Below are positions 10,400 through 23,499 of a stretch of DNA of 64,000 bases, one piece after another. How positions within the stretch are numbered: the first letter of the stretch is position 1; each line of letters opens with the position of its first letter. Both the position numbers and the translations under genes were made by a program. Origin of the DNA: Prorocentrum cordatum. Its lineage: Eukaryota. The stretch is from positions 1 to 64,000 of the forward strand of contig CAUYUJ010000223.1 in the NCBI GenBank assembly GCA_963575745.1, in the 5' to 3' direction. The notes under the pieces are model-generated. The model had not been told where the DNA came from, made no database searches, and was given only the letters and a program-made list of their open reading frames with translations.

Positions 10400-13300
10400 C
10401 GCAGCAGCTGGGCCAGCCCTCGCTGCCGCGCGCAATTCAGCACCGGTAGCTTGGCGCAAGTTACTATTGCTGCGCCTCCTCCGGGAACTCCTCTCTGGCC
10501 AGCGCCAGCAGCCAGGCCCGCGCCTCGCCGCCGAGCTGGCTGCCCGTCTCCACGGCGAACGTCCCGAGGCGCTCGCCGGGCTGGCGGGTGCGTTGGCGCG
10601 CTCGGCCCAGCGGGCCGCCTCGCCCGCGCGCCTTAGCACGGCGGGTTCGTCGCCTGCCGCTGGGTGGCGGACACTCGCGTCCAGCCACCGCCAGCCGTCG
10701 AGGTCGTCATACTCGACGTCCAAGATAGCCCGCTCCAGGACCTGCGCCTGGCCCCGCCGCGGCTCGCGGGCCCTGTCCCAAGTGGGCGTCCGTTGTTCGC
10801 GCAGCGGCGCCACCTGCCAGCGAGGCTGCACGCGGCGCGCCACGCCCGCGCGCCGCCTGACGACGCCTCGGACTCCGCTCGGCTGACACACGGCGGCGTG
10901 GAACCCCGCCAGATCCAGCGGCGCTCGGCGCGGCACTCCGCCGGCAGTCAGGGTCTGGCACGTCGCCGCCGCTCGCGCGAGCTCGTCTGTGGAACGCTCC
11001 GGCCGCGGCAGCTGGACGCGCCTGCGGGTCGCCGCCTGCCGGCGCGGGCCCTCCAGCGCGCAAGCCGGCTCCGCGAGGCACTACAGGTGGGCGCCGGCCC
11101 CGGGCCCTCCCACGGACAGCAGCGACGCCTGACTGCAGCGGTGCATTCGCCGCTTCGCAGCAGCGTGGGTTTTCTCATGCATCATTAGCAACCAAGGTAT
11201 TCTGCCCTGTCGGGCGCCCCAGCAACCCAGGCCTCCAGAGGCGCCGCCGGCTCGGGACCCGCCCCGCGCCGTGGCGCGCCAGTCCGGCTCAACTCGCCTC
11301 GACCGCGGCAGCAGCCTGCGGCGGCGCCGCCAGCATGTCTGCAAGAGTGGGGACTCCTGAGACATCGAGGTCGCCCCGCACCCCATCCGCCGCCTGCGCC
11401 CGCGCCGCCCGGCAGGCGGGCGCCCGCCTCGCGGCCGCCCGCTGCGCGCCGGCCCGCTTCGAGCTTTGCCGGCAGGCCCAGCAGCTCGCACGCCTCTGGC
11501 CCGAGCGGACGCCCCAGCAGCTTCTCCCGGGGGGCCCGCAGGGCGTCGTCGTCGCGGAAAGCCTTCTACCCCGCGGCCAAGGCTAGCTGCATGTTTCGAC
11601 TGCAGAACTGGCGTACTCCAAGACTGACTTCCACGTCGACTCTTCAACAAAAGTACGTCAACCTTTCGAAGATCTGCGAAAGTTCTACGAATTGCCAGTG
11701 GATTCGAACAGAACAACAAATTCTGTGGCAAAACAATGTTGTAGTCGACCCCCTACTCGAAACTTGTCATGGCCTGCGCAGGCGTTGAGTAGCGCGGCCG
11801 CGACCTGCCGCTTGGGCCCTCCTTGCAGCAACCGCCCTATGCTGGCCCAGAGCTTCTCGAGGCGCGCCGTGGCCCCGTCCAGCCCGCAGCCCTGCCCGCC
11901 GAGAGGGGGCGCCGCCTCGTCGGCGTCTCCAGGAGCCCGGAGCTGCGGGCGGAAGACTGGCAGCACGTGCGCGAAGTCGCTCGCGAGCTCGGCCTGGACC
12001 CCCGCCGGGGACCAGACCGCAGCGCTGGTTTAGGTCCAGCCTGAGCGGCGCGAAAACCTCGCGGAGGCCCGTCAGCGCGAGAGCGCCGAGGCCCGGCCGC
12101 ACCACCAGGCAGGAGTCGCCGAGATAGGAGCACAGGCGGGCGCCAGGGCCAGCTGCTGCAGCCCGTGCAAGAGCTGCTCACTCAAGGGCGCGCCGCTGGC
12201 CCGCGGCGAAGGCCGCCGGGGACAAGAGGCCTCCATGATTGAACCAGCGCCACCCAGACAATTTCGAGGCGCCCGTCGGCCGCGCGCCAGTAGTGCTCTG
12301 CAGGGCCCGCGAAACAAGTCCTCAGGGCCGCCGCCGCCTCAAGGGCGGCCTCGTCCAGGGCCTCGACGGCGGGGCCGCGGCGCATGCATTGGAACGCCGC
12401 CTTAATGAGTGTCGCGTTCGCCCGGGCTTCCGCGAGGGCCAACAAGCGCTTTGCCAGCGCGCTCGCGCCGCCCGTGCGCCCGACGCCGCACTGGCGCCTC
12501 TGGCGGCTTCAGTTAGTTGGGCCGCCCGCGCCCGCGCCAGCGCGCGCAGCCCCAGGCGGCGGAGCGTGGCGCCCGCCAGCAGGGGTCTCACCTCGCCGGC
12601 GCCCTAGGCGAGCGCCACGAGCCCCCCCGCGCGCAGCGCCTGGAGAACCTCCCGCGGCAGCTCCCCGAAGGCCACCCTCGCGGCGGCCCGGGCGAACGGC
12701 CGCGCCGTCTCGCCGCCGCTCGCCCCAACTGCTCTAGCCGCGTGCCCAGCAGGCCCGGCGCCGCCAGCCGGAGAGTGCGCCGCAGTAGCTTGAGCACCTC
12801 CTCCCCCCCCGCCTCCTCCCCGTGCTCGGCGCAGGGCGGCGCGCAGGGCGGCGCAGGGCGCGACGCCGCGGCGCCTCCGTCTCCTCTGGCGGGAAGCTCG
12901 CCCGCAGCTTCTCCAGCGTCTCCGCCGTGCGTGGCGCCAGTTCGGCCTGCACTGCCGCTGCCAACGCGTCGGTTTCCTCTCCAGCCGCAGCCAAAGTGCG
13001 CACCCGGAGCGCTCTTGCATGTCCGTTGCCTTCCTCGGTGGCGCTCGCGGGGATGGGCCCATCGCGGCCGAAGCCCGCAGCTGGGCCCACCGTCCACCCC
13101 GCCATAACGTCGGGCACGCCCCCTGGGGTCGAGCGAACAGCATGAAGTCGAACAGCGCGAACATGTTCCACTCTGCCGTGGCATTCCCGCGTTGTCCCGC
13201 TGCTTCAAGCACCTCCAGCGCCTTGCGTCTCGCATGCGCCACTGCACCGCGCAACCTCTGCGGAACTTGCACAATTGCGGGGGCCCCCGCACGTAGGGCA
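10400..13300 (-). mobile_element. Highly decayed CRE-like non-LTR retrotransposon with restriction-like endonuclease
   Basis: LDLAGFHAAVC..VVRR (CCHC remnant), AILDVEY..WLDASVRHP..GEAARWAER, PGERLGTFAVETGSQLGGEARAWL; RT remnants LRLAAPGLLGTRLEQL, IKAAFQCMRR, LREVFAPLRLDLN. Confidence 0.7.
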
Positions 13301-13389
13301 AAGTGCCACGCTAAACGCTGCCACCAGGCCCAGTCTGGGAGGGCCGTGTCGTCCCAAGCCGGATGCGTCGCCGGAACAAGTTCTCCCCC

Positions 13390-13860
13390 GTTTCTTCCTC
13401 CTCCTCATCCTCCTCCTCCTCGTCATCGTCCTCCTCCTCCTCGTGCAACTCTTCCTGTTCCTGGTCCTGCTCTTGTTATTGTGATTGCTCTTCCTCTTCC
13501 TCCCCCTCCTCCTCCTCATATTCTTCTGGTCCCTCCTTTTTTAGTGTGATTCGTATAGTGGCACCAGCAATATAAATACGAGAATACTCGCAATATTGGA
13601 ACTAGTATTCTGTTTTAGCATTACGATTAACATTAATACTGCCATTCGTGCTCGTATTAATATGATTCGAACTAATAGCGTTCGCAGTGCAATTTGAACT
13701 CAGAATGTTCGTGTTAGTATTGGCTTTTTTTCGAATGCGATCATGGGTCATATTCTTATGCTTATTAGTATGTGTACTACAAGGAATACCAGCATTGTGG
13801 ATATACTTAAAAATGGTAGTGGCAGTACACTTGTATTTGTCACAATATTCCTGCGGTCTT
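13390..13860. repeat. (CCT)n tract followed by AT-rich degenerate triplet low-complexity sequence
   Basis: Directly visible. Confidence 0.85.
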
Positions 13861-13899
13861 GGGCACTCGCATTGAAGAGACGGACCCCGCGTTCCTCCC

Positions 13900-14875
13900 G
13901 CCCCCTTCCTCCCTCCTCGCTCTCCCTTCCTCCTGCGCGTCACCCACCCAGTGCTGCGCTTCGTGGCACCATGCGGAGCTCCACCGAAAGTCCCAATGGG
14001 ATCGCCCGCGTGCGTCAAGCGTCAACTACAAACCAGCACAGCCCTTCGCCCCTGCGTTTCGCCCACCCATTATTGCACTCCGTGGCCCCATGGGGGGCCC
14101 CACCGAAGGTCCCAATGGGGCCGCCCGCATGCGTCAACCACCACCCAACACAGCGTTTCCTCCTTGCGTTTCACCCACCAAGTACAACGGTTCGTGGCCC
14201 CATAGGGAACTCTACCGAAGGTTTCAGTGGGACCGGCCGCATGCGTCACCTACCACCCAGCACAAACATTCCTCCCTGCCCTCCGCCCGCCCACCCAAAA
14301 AACGCTTCGTGGCCCATGGGGGGCTCCACCAAACGCCCCAATGGGACCGCCCGCGTGCGTCAACCAACACCCAACACAGCCCTTCCCCCCTGCGTTTCGC
14401 CTACCCAGTACAACGCTTCGTGGCCCCATAGGGAGCTTCACCGAAGGTCCCAAATAGGAGCGCCCGCATGCGTCAACCACCACGCAGTACAACCCTTTCT
14501 CCCTGCGTTCCATCCACACAGCACAGCGCTTCGTGGCCCCATGAGGGGGCTTTACCGAAGGTCCCAGTGGGATCACCCGCGTGCGCCAACCAACACCCAG
14601 CACAGCCCTTCCTCCCTGCGCTTCGCCCACCCAGCACAGCGTTTCGTGGCCCCATAAGGAGCTCCACCGAAGGCCCCAGTGGGACCGCCCGCATGCGTCC
14701 ACCAAAACCCAGCACAGCGCTTCGTGGCCCCATAAGGGGTTCCACCGAAGGCCCCAGTGGCACCACCCGCATGCGTTAACCACCTTCCAGCACAGCGCCC
14801 CATGGCCCCATAGAGAGCTCCGCCGAAGAGCCCACTGGGATCGCCCGCGCGCGCCAGCCACCACCCAGCACAGCG
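13900..14875. repeat. Satellite, ~113-bp unit (last units ~78 bp), about 9 copies
   Basis: Core GCGCTTCGTGGCCCCATAGGGAGCTCCACCGAAGGCCCCAGTGGGACCGCCCGCATGCGTC near 13955, 14075, 14188, 14303, 14414, 14527, 14639, 14717, 14794. Confidence 0.95.
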
Positions 14876-17800
14876 AATCTGTCTGTTTACTTGGGCCCTC
14901 TGGCTCTCATGGCGAAGTGCTGGCAGTGCGCGCGCTGCGGTGGTTATGCGCCACGACATCTCTCACTCTGTATCGACGCTGGCTGCAAGGGCAAGCAGAC
15001 GGACCGCAATTTGCCAGCAGCGAACGACAACCACAAACCTTGGGGTAAATTTGCAGTCGGCGGCGGCAACCTCGGAGCTCCCTGGGCCAAGCAGGGGCCC
15101 AAAGGCGGCGGCGGCAAAGGGCGCGGTGGCGAAGGGCTCGGACCTGACGGCGGAGGGCCTGCTGCCCCCGCGACCCTCACGCTCTCGCCAGAGAAGATTG
15201 CAGCCTACGCAGCCATGGCCACGAAGTCGCATGAGCTCGTCAAAGGCAGCCGCTGGCGTCTTGGGCTCGGAGGCGCGGAAGCTCCCTCCGGCAGTCGATC
15301 AAGCACCGCTGGCCGTCGCCGACGCTACAGTCAAGCGTGAGCGCCTCTAGGGGAACTATCGCAAGGCTCTGGAGGCGCCAGCAGAAGCGGATCGCCCTGG
15401 CCGAGCGCAAGGCGGAGCTCAGGCAGGCCAAGAAACTGGTGGAGAAGCTCTACTCGTCCACCACGGTCGAGGACACGCTCCGCTCCGTCAAAGACAAGGT
15501 CGCCTCCATCGACGCGGAAGGCAAGTCGGGCGCTGAGGTCCTGGCTAATCTCGCCGCGATTCTGGGCGAAATGGCTGCTGCCGCAGCCCCACCACATCCC
15601 GAGCCAGAGCCTGCCCGCGCAGTGCTGGCCGCAGGTGGAGGTCCAGGCGCTCCTGGTGCAGGCGCAGGTGGCGGCGCAGATGAGGCTGATGACCCCATGG
15701 CAGGAGACCCAGGCAGCGACGAGTTCGACAAGTTCATGGAGGGCGAGGGCCCTGGAGGGCGGGCTTCTCGACAGCGCTGCGGACGAGAACGAAAGGAAGA
15801 GGCCCCAGGGGGCACTGGGCGCGCCCAGGGCCGCCAGGCGCTCCAAGACCTCGGGGTAGCGGCCTCAGCGGGGCCATTGGCAGTAGTCGCTCCTCTCTCA
15901 TGTCCAGCACGGCGGACAAGCAGGGGCGTTGGTGGGTTGGCCTCGCGGTCGACTGCAATTCGTGGTCGAGGTTCGCAAAGCTGTTTGGCACAACCACTGT
16001 CAGGTGCTGCGACTTCGTTGCCGCTCAAGAGACGCACGTGGCTTCGCAGCGCACTCAAGCCGTTCAAGGACAACTTCGACGGCTCGGATGGGCCCCAGAG
16101 GCCGCGCCAGCGATCAACTCTGGTTTGGGCTCCCAAGGCACTGGGGGCCTTGTGCAAATGGCGCCCCGGCACCTCGGGCTCGGATCGTTCGACGTGCTCG
16201 GCAAGCAGGCGGTGCTGGAGCCTGGTCGCGCCATCATCTCCCACCTCAATGGCGCCTGCAGAGGCAGCATCGCGTGGGTCAGCGTGTATCTGGAGGTCAA
16301 CGTCGGGCTCAACCAGAGCAACGCCGACGCAATCTACGCGGTGCCCAAGGCCCTGCAGTCGGCCAACAGGCCCTTCATCGTGTGGGGGGACTTCAACATG
16401 GAGCCGTCAGTCATGGAAGAGTCCGGCTAGAGGCGGCGCAGGCGGTCGCTGCCGCGCCCGCGGAGGCCACGTGCAGACCTGCTGGCGGGATCATCGATTA
16501 TTTCGTGGTCACGAGGCTCTTCCGCGGGGCACAAGGCCAGCGTTATCCACGGGCTGGGCCCCAGCCCGCACTATCCCGTTGCGCTCGAGCTGCTCGGCCC
16601 GAGGAGGCACCAGAAGGTCACCGTCGTGCGCGCGGCCAAGCGGCTGCTCCTGTCCAGGCCGCTGGTCTGCTGCGCGCAGGACCATGGCCCAGCTTGGCGG
16701 GCCTTTCGTGACCAGCTCGAGCGCATGACCGACCTGGACAGCATGTGGCAGGCTTTCGTCCAGCAGGCGGAGGTCAACATGATTGACGCGCGCGGGCCCA
16801 TCCACGACCTCGACAGGCATTCGGGCCGCGCAGAACGGCCCAGGGTTTCAGCCACCTCAGCCGCGGCGCCGTCGCCGCCTAGGCTGCCGCGAATCACTCG
16901 AGCCTCGACCCGGCGCAGGTCGGTGGCTATCTGTCTCCGAGACGCAGCGCAGATCGAGCGGCCGCTCACCAGGTTCGGAGCCCTGCGTGCCTTGGGCAGG
17001 CTAGCTGGCAGGCCGCCGTCCGACCGAATTGCGCTGCCGGGCGTGGTCAGCATCATCGCCAGGCGCTCGGAGGATTTCCTTTGATCAGCTTGAGGTGCTC
17101 TGTGCGGCGTGTTTCAGCTGGTCCGAGGCAATGGGCGCGACGGATCTCGATCAAGCCTCCAAGAGCTAGAATGATTGGGCGCTGCACTCTGTCAACACGG
17201 GCTCAGGCGGCATCCATGCTGCCACGAAGACGGCTCAGATTTGGAATGCGAAGCCAGCCGGCGCAGTTGGTGTGGCGCCGCTCACCATTCAGCAGACCCT
17301 GCAAGCGTTGGTCGACGAGGGGTCCGTTTACTGGGGCATCGTCGCCGCCCAGGCCCGGCCAGTCCAGGTAGCAGGTGGTGGCGCGCATGGTGCGAAGACC
17401 CCGAGGGAGCTCAAGCCCGAGAGGCGCCGTCTGCCATGGCCTGAGGAGCTCGGAGAGCGCCAAGAGAGGCATATTGTGGCTGAGCTACGGCAAGTGCTCG
17501 TCCTTCAAGCCTGTCTGGGTCCAACGTTGACAGCGTCCGTCCAAGTGGGTTCAACATGGTGACCTTGGCATTGAGGCCCTCAGTGATTTGCTGCTGGCTA
17601 TCGGGCAGCAAGCATCTTGGTCCAGTTTCATCACGAAGATGGCCTTCATTCTCAAAGCAGACGGAGGCCTTCGACCCATTGCGTTGTTGGCAGCGGTGGT
17701 CAGAGTTCACGGCAGGCTTCGCAGGCCCATCATGCAGCAGCGGGAGAAAGCCAACGAACCGCCCTACTGGCGGGCGTGCTCAGGGGGCTCATGTGACAGA

Positions 17801-20800
17801 GCGGTTTGGCTGCATCAGGGGAGATCAGAGTGGAATGCGACGATGGCTGAACTTTACCCCGATCAAGACTGGGCCTCTGCCAGCATCCTGCTGGACCGTT
17901 GGAAGGCATTCGAACAGGTCTCGCATCGGTCTTTGCGCAGGCAGCCATCAAGCTCGGTTTTCCACTGTTGGCCAAGCTGCAGATTTCTCTGCACCGCGCG
18001 CCGAGAGCGCTGCACCTCGACGGGCGCTGCCCGCAGGAGTCGCCAGCATTCCAGACGGCGCTCGCTGGAGACGCGTTCGCCACGGGCTTCAAGAAGCTCA
18101 TATTGTCGCAGCCGCTCGGCGAGAGGGTCGCGCAATTCGGTGCCGTCGCGCCAGCCATCGTGGTCGACGACCTGGTGCCCCAGCGCTGGGACGGCGCCGG
18201 GCGCGCGGAGGGCGATCTTGCGGGCGCCGCTCGTGCAGTGGTGCAGCAGCTGAGGAAAGTTAAGCTCAAGACCGCGGTCAAGAAGTCTAAGGCCACGGGG
18301 GACTCACCAGGCTTGCGCAGCAGCATATCGAGGCGCCCGCTCAATAGAGCTGGAGTCCAAGGGGCGCGTCACGGGCGCAGGCCGGGAATTGACCACGCAG
18401 AGGGGCGACGTGCTGCTCGGGCCCTGCGGCGGCAACGCCTAGCCAACGTCGAGCTTCGCCTTGGGCCCGAGGCGCGGGCGCACAACTGCAGCCAAGGTCG
18501 CGTTCGCAGGACCCCACCCTTCGGCGATGCACGGCGTCAGCTGCGCCGGCCTCAACTCCAGCGGGTTGTCCTGGGCGCGCCCCATCCCGGTCAGAGCCGC
18601 GGAGCCATGGCCAGCAGGCAAGAATGCAACCGCAGTGCCGATGCTCTCGGGGGCCAAAAATTTGGACCCCATCTTCGCTGCCGCGTTGGGGCCTGTAATG
18701 ATGCTGGCCAAGGCTGCATGGGAGAAGTGGGTTCCGACGTCCATTTGTCAGCCAACTTCCGAGTGGAACGCGAAGGTCGCCAAGCACTGGGGCGACGCGC
18801 GTGGTCCGCTCGGGGCAGCAGCGATGTCCTTGCAGAGGATCGGGTTCACACCCAGCTGATTTACTGATTGGGTCGCCGACGCGGGCGAGAAGCTCAACGT
18901 GGCGGCGCGTTCCCCTGGGCGGTCAAGCAGTTTACCGCGCGGGGCGTCGAGCGGTGGCAGTTGGCTCAGCTGGCCAAGAGTACGCACTACAACATCTACG
19001 GTGCTGGCGGCGTCTTCCTGCCGCAGGACAGGCGGTGGGTCGCGTCGGGCCGAGGCCCCGCCAAGATCGCTGAGGTTTGGAGGACGTTGGCACCATGTGA
19101 AGGCGGGCATGCCAGATTTTGCCTGGTCGACGGTCAGCGGCTCAACGAGCGGCGCTGCGCGGCAGGCCTCAGCTCTCACTCGGTCTGCTCGCTGTGACCC
19201 GGCAAGCTGGGGGCGCTTCGGCATGGGCACGCGGAGCGTAAAGATACCCGGCCGTTTTTGGCCCTTCCAGAGGAGCTGGGGCGCTCCAAGGACAAGGGCG
19301 ACTCCATCACGATCAGGACTCTGCTAGAGAGGTAGCGGCTGCCAGAACCGCTCGCGGAGCGGAGGCCGCGGGGCGACGACTTCCTGGCGCGCGCGCAGTG
19401 GATCAAAGGTCACGACGAGGGCTCGCCGTTTGCAGAGCCCGACCTGTTCGCAGATGGAGCCTGCATCGACGGCGGCGCCAGGATTGCCAGCGCAGGACGC
19501 GCCGTTATTGCGTTGCCCAGCGGCGCCGATCGCATCGACCCTGGGCCAAGATCTGGCACGCGCGCGGTGGCCCCCTCTTTGGCTGGCGCTTTGCAGTCCA
19601 TTGACGGCGGCGAGCTGTTAGCACTTCTTCTGCTTTTCAAGAACACCATTCCACCAGCGGCAGCTCTCTTCGACGCTGAGTCCGCGGTGACTGGTATCAA
19701 TATTCGCGGGCCCGTGGCCACCAGCAGCAGCAAGGCAGCCTGGGCGGAGCTGCGGGTTCGCGTCTGGCATGCAGTGCTGGACTCCAGGGGGGCTCGGCGC
19801 AGGCGGCCTCACTGCGGTCGCGGTCAAAGCGCGCGCTTCTGTTCGGCGCGCGCTGGAGGGCCAGGCCACGGCCAGAGCGCGCAGAGGCAACGTCGAGGCT
19901 GATCGGTGCGCCAAGTTCACCGCTGCTCAAGTCGGTGCTCCTGGCGCCCCTTCGGGAGATCACCCAGGCGAGGCATGCCATGCTCGACGCCGCGGTCTTC
20001 TGGGTTTCGATTGCTGGCGGCATGGCTGCCGATGGCAGAGCTGACATCTCGGACGAGAATGTCGCGAAGCAGGCCAACAAGATTAAGTTGCATCTCGCGG
20101 CTCGCGAAATCATCGGGGCCCCGACCGGGGGCATTCACTGTTTGCGTTGCCTCCGGACCGCGTGCAGCAGCATCAAAGCGCAGTTCTGGGCCAAGCCCTG
20201 CGCGCCCAAGCCGCGCGCCCCGTCGCACTCTGGCAGTACTTCGAAGAAACGACCTGCTCGAGCAGACTCGGCGACGGCGGCCGCGGTCGCGGCGGCCTTC
20301 GCCGCATTGGCGCGGGTCCAGCAGGAGGCGACATTTGCTGAGGCCAAAGGCGACCGCAGCACCGAGTTGCCGAAGAGCAAGGCTCTCAAGACAGCCCAAC
20401 CAAATATCGACGACCTGATGCCGACAGCGTCTGGAGCGAGCTCGAGCGGGTCTGTGCGCTCGACACCGGCTGAGAAAGACGTTGCCAGTGCTAAAGGGGG
20501 CCCTGTAGACACCGCTGAAGACGCCCCAGTCGGACCTTGCGCGCGCGCTCCCGTGGGGCCCGCTGCCGAGGCCCCGCGTGGCCTGGGTTCGGCCTGGGTT
20601 CGGGTGGATGGGCCTGCCTCGCTTCCCCCCTCCCTCGGGCCCGAGTTCGCCCGATCCGTCTTGGTCGGAGGCGCTGGATTGCCCTTCTGGCCCCGGCGCT
20701 GCGTCGTCGACCGCTGGCGACGGCGCCGGGGTGCCAGGGGCGGCGAGCGGCGAGCAGGTTCTCGCGACAATCGTTTAATATCGCATTTGCACGCGCTTGC

Positions 20801-20940
20801 TCGTCCCTTTGCCGCTCGGCTTTCCTAGGCTTGCGCCTGCCGCCAGCCGCGGCCGCCAGGTGTTGCGGCTGCTTGAACCTGAGCTCGCGCTGCGCGAACC
20901 TGGTATTTTTTCCATGTATGTATATATATATATATATATA
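14876..20940 (+). mobile_element. Decayed LINE: ORF1 (zinc finger, coiled coil) and APE-RT-RNase H ORF2, ending in (TA)n
   Basis: ORF1 MAKCWQCARC at 14909; APE AAQETH, VSVYL, WGDFN, IDYFVV; RT ILKADGGLRPIAL, LDRWKAFEQV, VVDD; RNase H QSIDGGELLAL, VKAR, GNVEADRCAK; many frameshifts and stops; (TA)n at ~20916-20940. Confidence 0.9.
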
Positions 20941-20954
20941 GAAAAAAGTGCCCG

Positions 20955-21210
20955 CGGGGCCGCCCGCAAGCGCCCCAGCGCGGCGCTTCGTGGTCCCATA
21001 AGGGGCCCCACCGAAGGCCCCAGTGGGGCCGCCCGCATGCGTCAGTCACTACTCAGTACAGCGCTTCGTGGCCCCCTAAGGAACTAGACCGATGGCCCCG
21101 GTGGGACATCCCGCGTGCGTCAGCCACCGCCCAATGCAGTTTTTCGAAGCTCCGTAATGAGCTCCACAGAAAAACCCAGTGGCACCGCCCGCGTGCGTCG
21201 CCCACCACCC
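20955..21210. repeat. Continuation of the same satellite, about 3 diverged units
   Basis: GCGCTTCGTGG(T/C)CCC..CCACCGAAGGCCCCAGTGGGGCCGCCCGCATGCGTC as in 13900-14875. Confidence 0.9.
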
Positions 21211-22086
21211 AAGGCTGCATTTTGTTAGCGCGATCTTTTGGGAGAAGAAGGAGGGGCATGAGGGAGGGGGGCGACCGCAACGCCAATCGAGTAACCCGTG
21301 CACTCCGCGTGGGTCCGCAGCAGAGACCAATGGCTCAAACTACAGCAACATCCCAAACGTAGAAAAGCACCGGCGAGAAAAGAAGAGGGGCAAGGGAAGC
21401 AAGGAGGACGAAGAGGAGGAGGAGGAAGGAACGGAAGAGGGAGAGGAAAGAAGGGGTGGGCAGTCCCGACCCCGCTAGGGGATGGACAAAGGATCCTAAG
21501 CAAAGCCTCGGACCCACCTGCAAAAACACAGAAGGGGAGGAGGAGGCGAGGGGCGCAGAGGAGGGAGGAGAGGAGAAGGACGAGAAAAGAAACAAGTGGC
21601 GCTACCCTACAGCAGCGGGGGCGCGCAACGAAAACGCCACGATCTACGGCCCGCTAGTGCGGAAGGAAGACGAGGACATGAAGGGAGGAGAGAAGGGAGG
21701 GGAAAACAATCAAGCTCGCGAACGCGCGAGCCAGACAGGGCTTCGCCTGGGGCACTCGCACAGATATCCCACACGAGCGGAGGGGCAGGAGGAGGGGGAG
21801 GAGGAGGGAGGCAAATATGCATGATCACATCCTCACGTGATGCACTTGTCGGAAAGGTCCGGGCCGTCGCAACGGGAGCGACTGGGCGAGCCCGATGTTC
21901 AGCAAACAGAGAACCGCGATAAGGGGGACTGGCGGGCACGCACCAACCACCCCGACCGCGACGAGCATTCAAGAAAAGAGCCAGAAAATGTACACGTCGC
22001 TGATCTGCTTCATCACGTCTGGCGCGATCTGCACCGCCACGGCCGTGGCACGCACGGGAATGGAGTGGCACAGGGAGCGGGCGCCC

Positions 22087-23000
22087 TCAAGCACAGCCGG
22101 CCCCCCCCGCGCGCACGCGTCGAAGAGCCTCGATGAGAAATGAATGCCCCGCAGCTGCCTCCCTGAAGGCTTGCGCCCAGATTTCCCCGGCGTCGCTGGC
22201 CTCCTCGCGACGCGCGGCGTTCGTAGCGCGGAACGTCGCATAGAGGCGCAAGGCCTTCACCGCGAAGACGTCCTGCTGGCTCGGGTCGAAGCCTGGCGCC
22301 AAGAGCAGGAAGTCGTCGAGCTTCAAGCCGGAGCGCGCCGGAGCGAGGCGGGCGCGACCGAACGCCAGCTGCTCGACGATCCGGCAATGCGCGCAGCGGT
22401 GCAGCGAGTCCTGGCCGCGGCCGCACTTGAAGAGGCAGCCCCTGTTGCAGTGAACGCAGGCGCCCGTGGTCCAACCGTCGCAGAGAGCCCGAAGTGCCGC
22501 GGCCCACACGCATGGGGGCACCTTGTTCTTCAAGCCCAGCAGCGCACGCATCGCTCTGTCCACCCTCCTGCCTGGGAGAGTGCTCAATCGAAAACGATCA
22601 AGCTGGCGACGTAGGTGGCGATGGAGAAGTGCTACGTCGCGATGCTGGAAAGCGTCGACGCATCGCCGTTGCCACCGCTCCCGGGTCACATCGGCAACGT
22701 CCCCACCGCGAAGCAGTTCTTCTACAAGTGACCCTGTCTCGTGGGCTCGTTGTTCGAGTCTGGACTGGGCCCTCTCCAGACTGTGGAGGAAGGCGCTGCC
22801 AGCCCAATCCAACCAGCCGAAAAGGATCTCGGCCAGGCCGATCATGGACTTAAGGCGCTGGGCGCAGCGATGTATGTCCAGGCCGCCACTCTGATGGCCC
22901 TCCCCCCGGTGCACGCGGCATGTAGCAGCCAGCGAGACTGTCGCCGCACAGGGCAGCTCTGCAGGGGAACCGATGTTCTTCAATTGCACCAAGATTTGCG
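22087..23000 (-). pseudogene. 3' fragment of an L1/Tx1-like LINE ORF2
   Basis: RQLDRFRLSTLPGRRV..VPPCVWAAALRALCDGW..CLFKC..DSLHRCAHC aligns with RARLDRWRSPTPPGRRV..LPPRVQACQVRTAFNGW..CILGC..DSIEHYAFC in ORF 42359..44983. Confidence 0.85.
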
Positions 23001-23024
23001 GCGTCATTTCGCGGCCGCATTGAT

Positions 23025-23490
23025 TGGGGGCTCCACCAAACCCAGTGGCACCTCCCGCATGCGACCCCCCACCCGCTACAGCGTTTCGAGGCCCCGTAGG
23101 GAGCTCCAGTGGCCCACCGGCATGCGACCCCCCACCCGGTACACCGCTTCGTGGGCCCATGAGGGGACTCCACCGCAGGCCCCAGCGTCACCGCCCGCAT
23201 TCGCTCCCCCCTCCCAATACAGCGCTTCGTGGCCCCACAGGGAGCTCCACAGAAAGACCCCAGTGGCACCGCCCGCACGCGTCATCCCCAACCAGTCCAG
23301 CGTTTCGTTGCCTCCTCGGGAACTCTAGCGAGGGGCACCGCCCGCACGTGTCCGCCACACCCAGTACAGCGTTTCGTGGCCAATAGGGAACCCCACCGAA
23401 TGCCCCAGTGACACCGCCCGCATGCGTCTCCCCCACCCATGACGGCATGTCACTCACGCGCCAATACGGAGCTCCACCGAAAGCGGCACC
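23025..23490. repeat. Third block of the same satellite, about 6 diverged units
   Basis: Same core; shorter and more diverged units. Confidence 0.9.
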
Positions 23491-23499
23491 CACAACGAG

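Noticed and set aside
13900..14875. CRISPR-like periodic array
   Set aside because: Intervening segments are homologous to each other, repeats are diverged and long, and there are no cas genes; it is a satellite.
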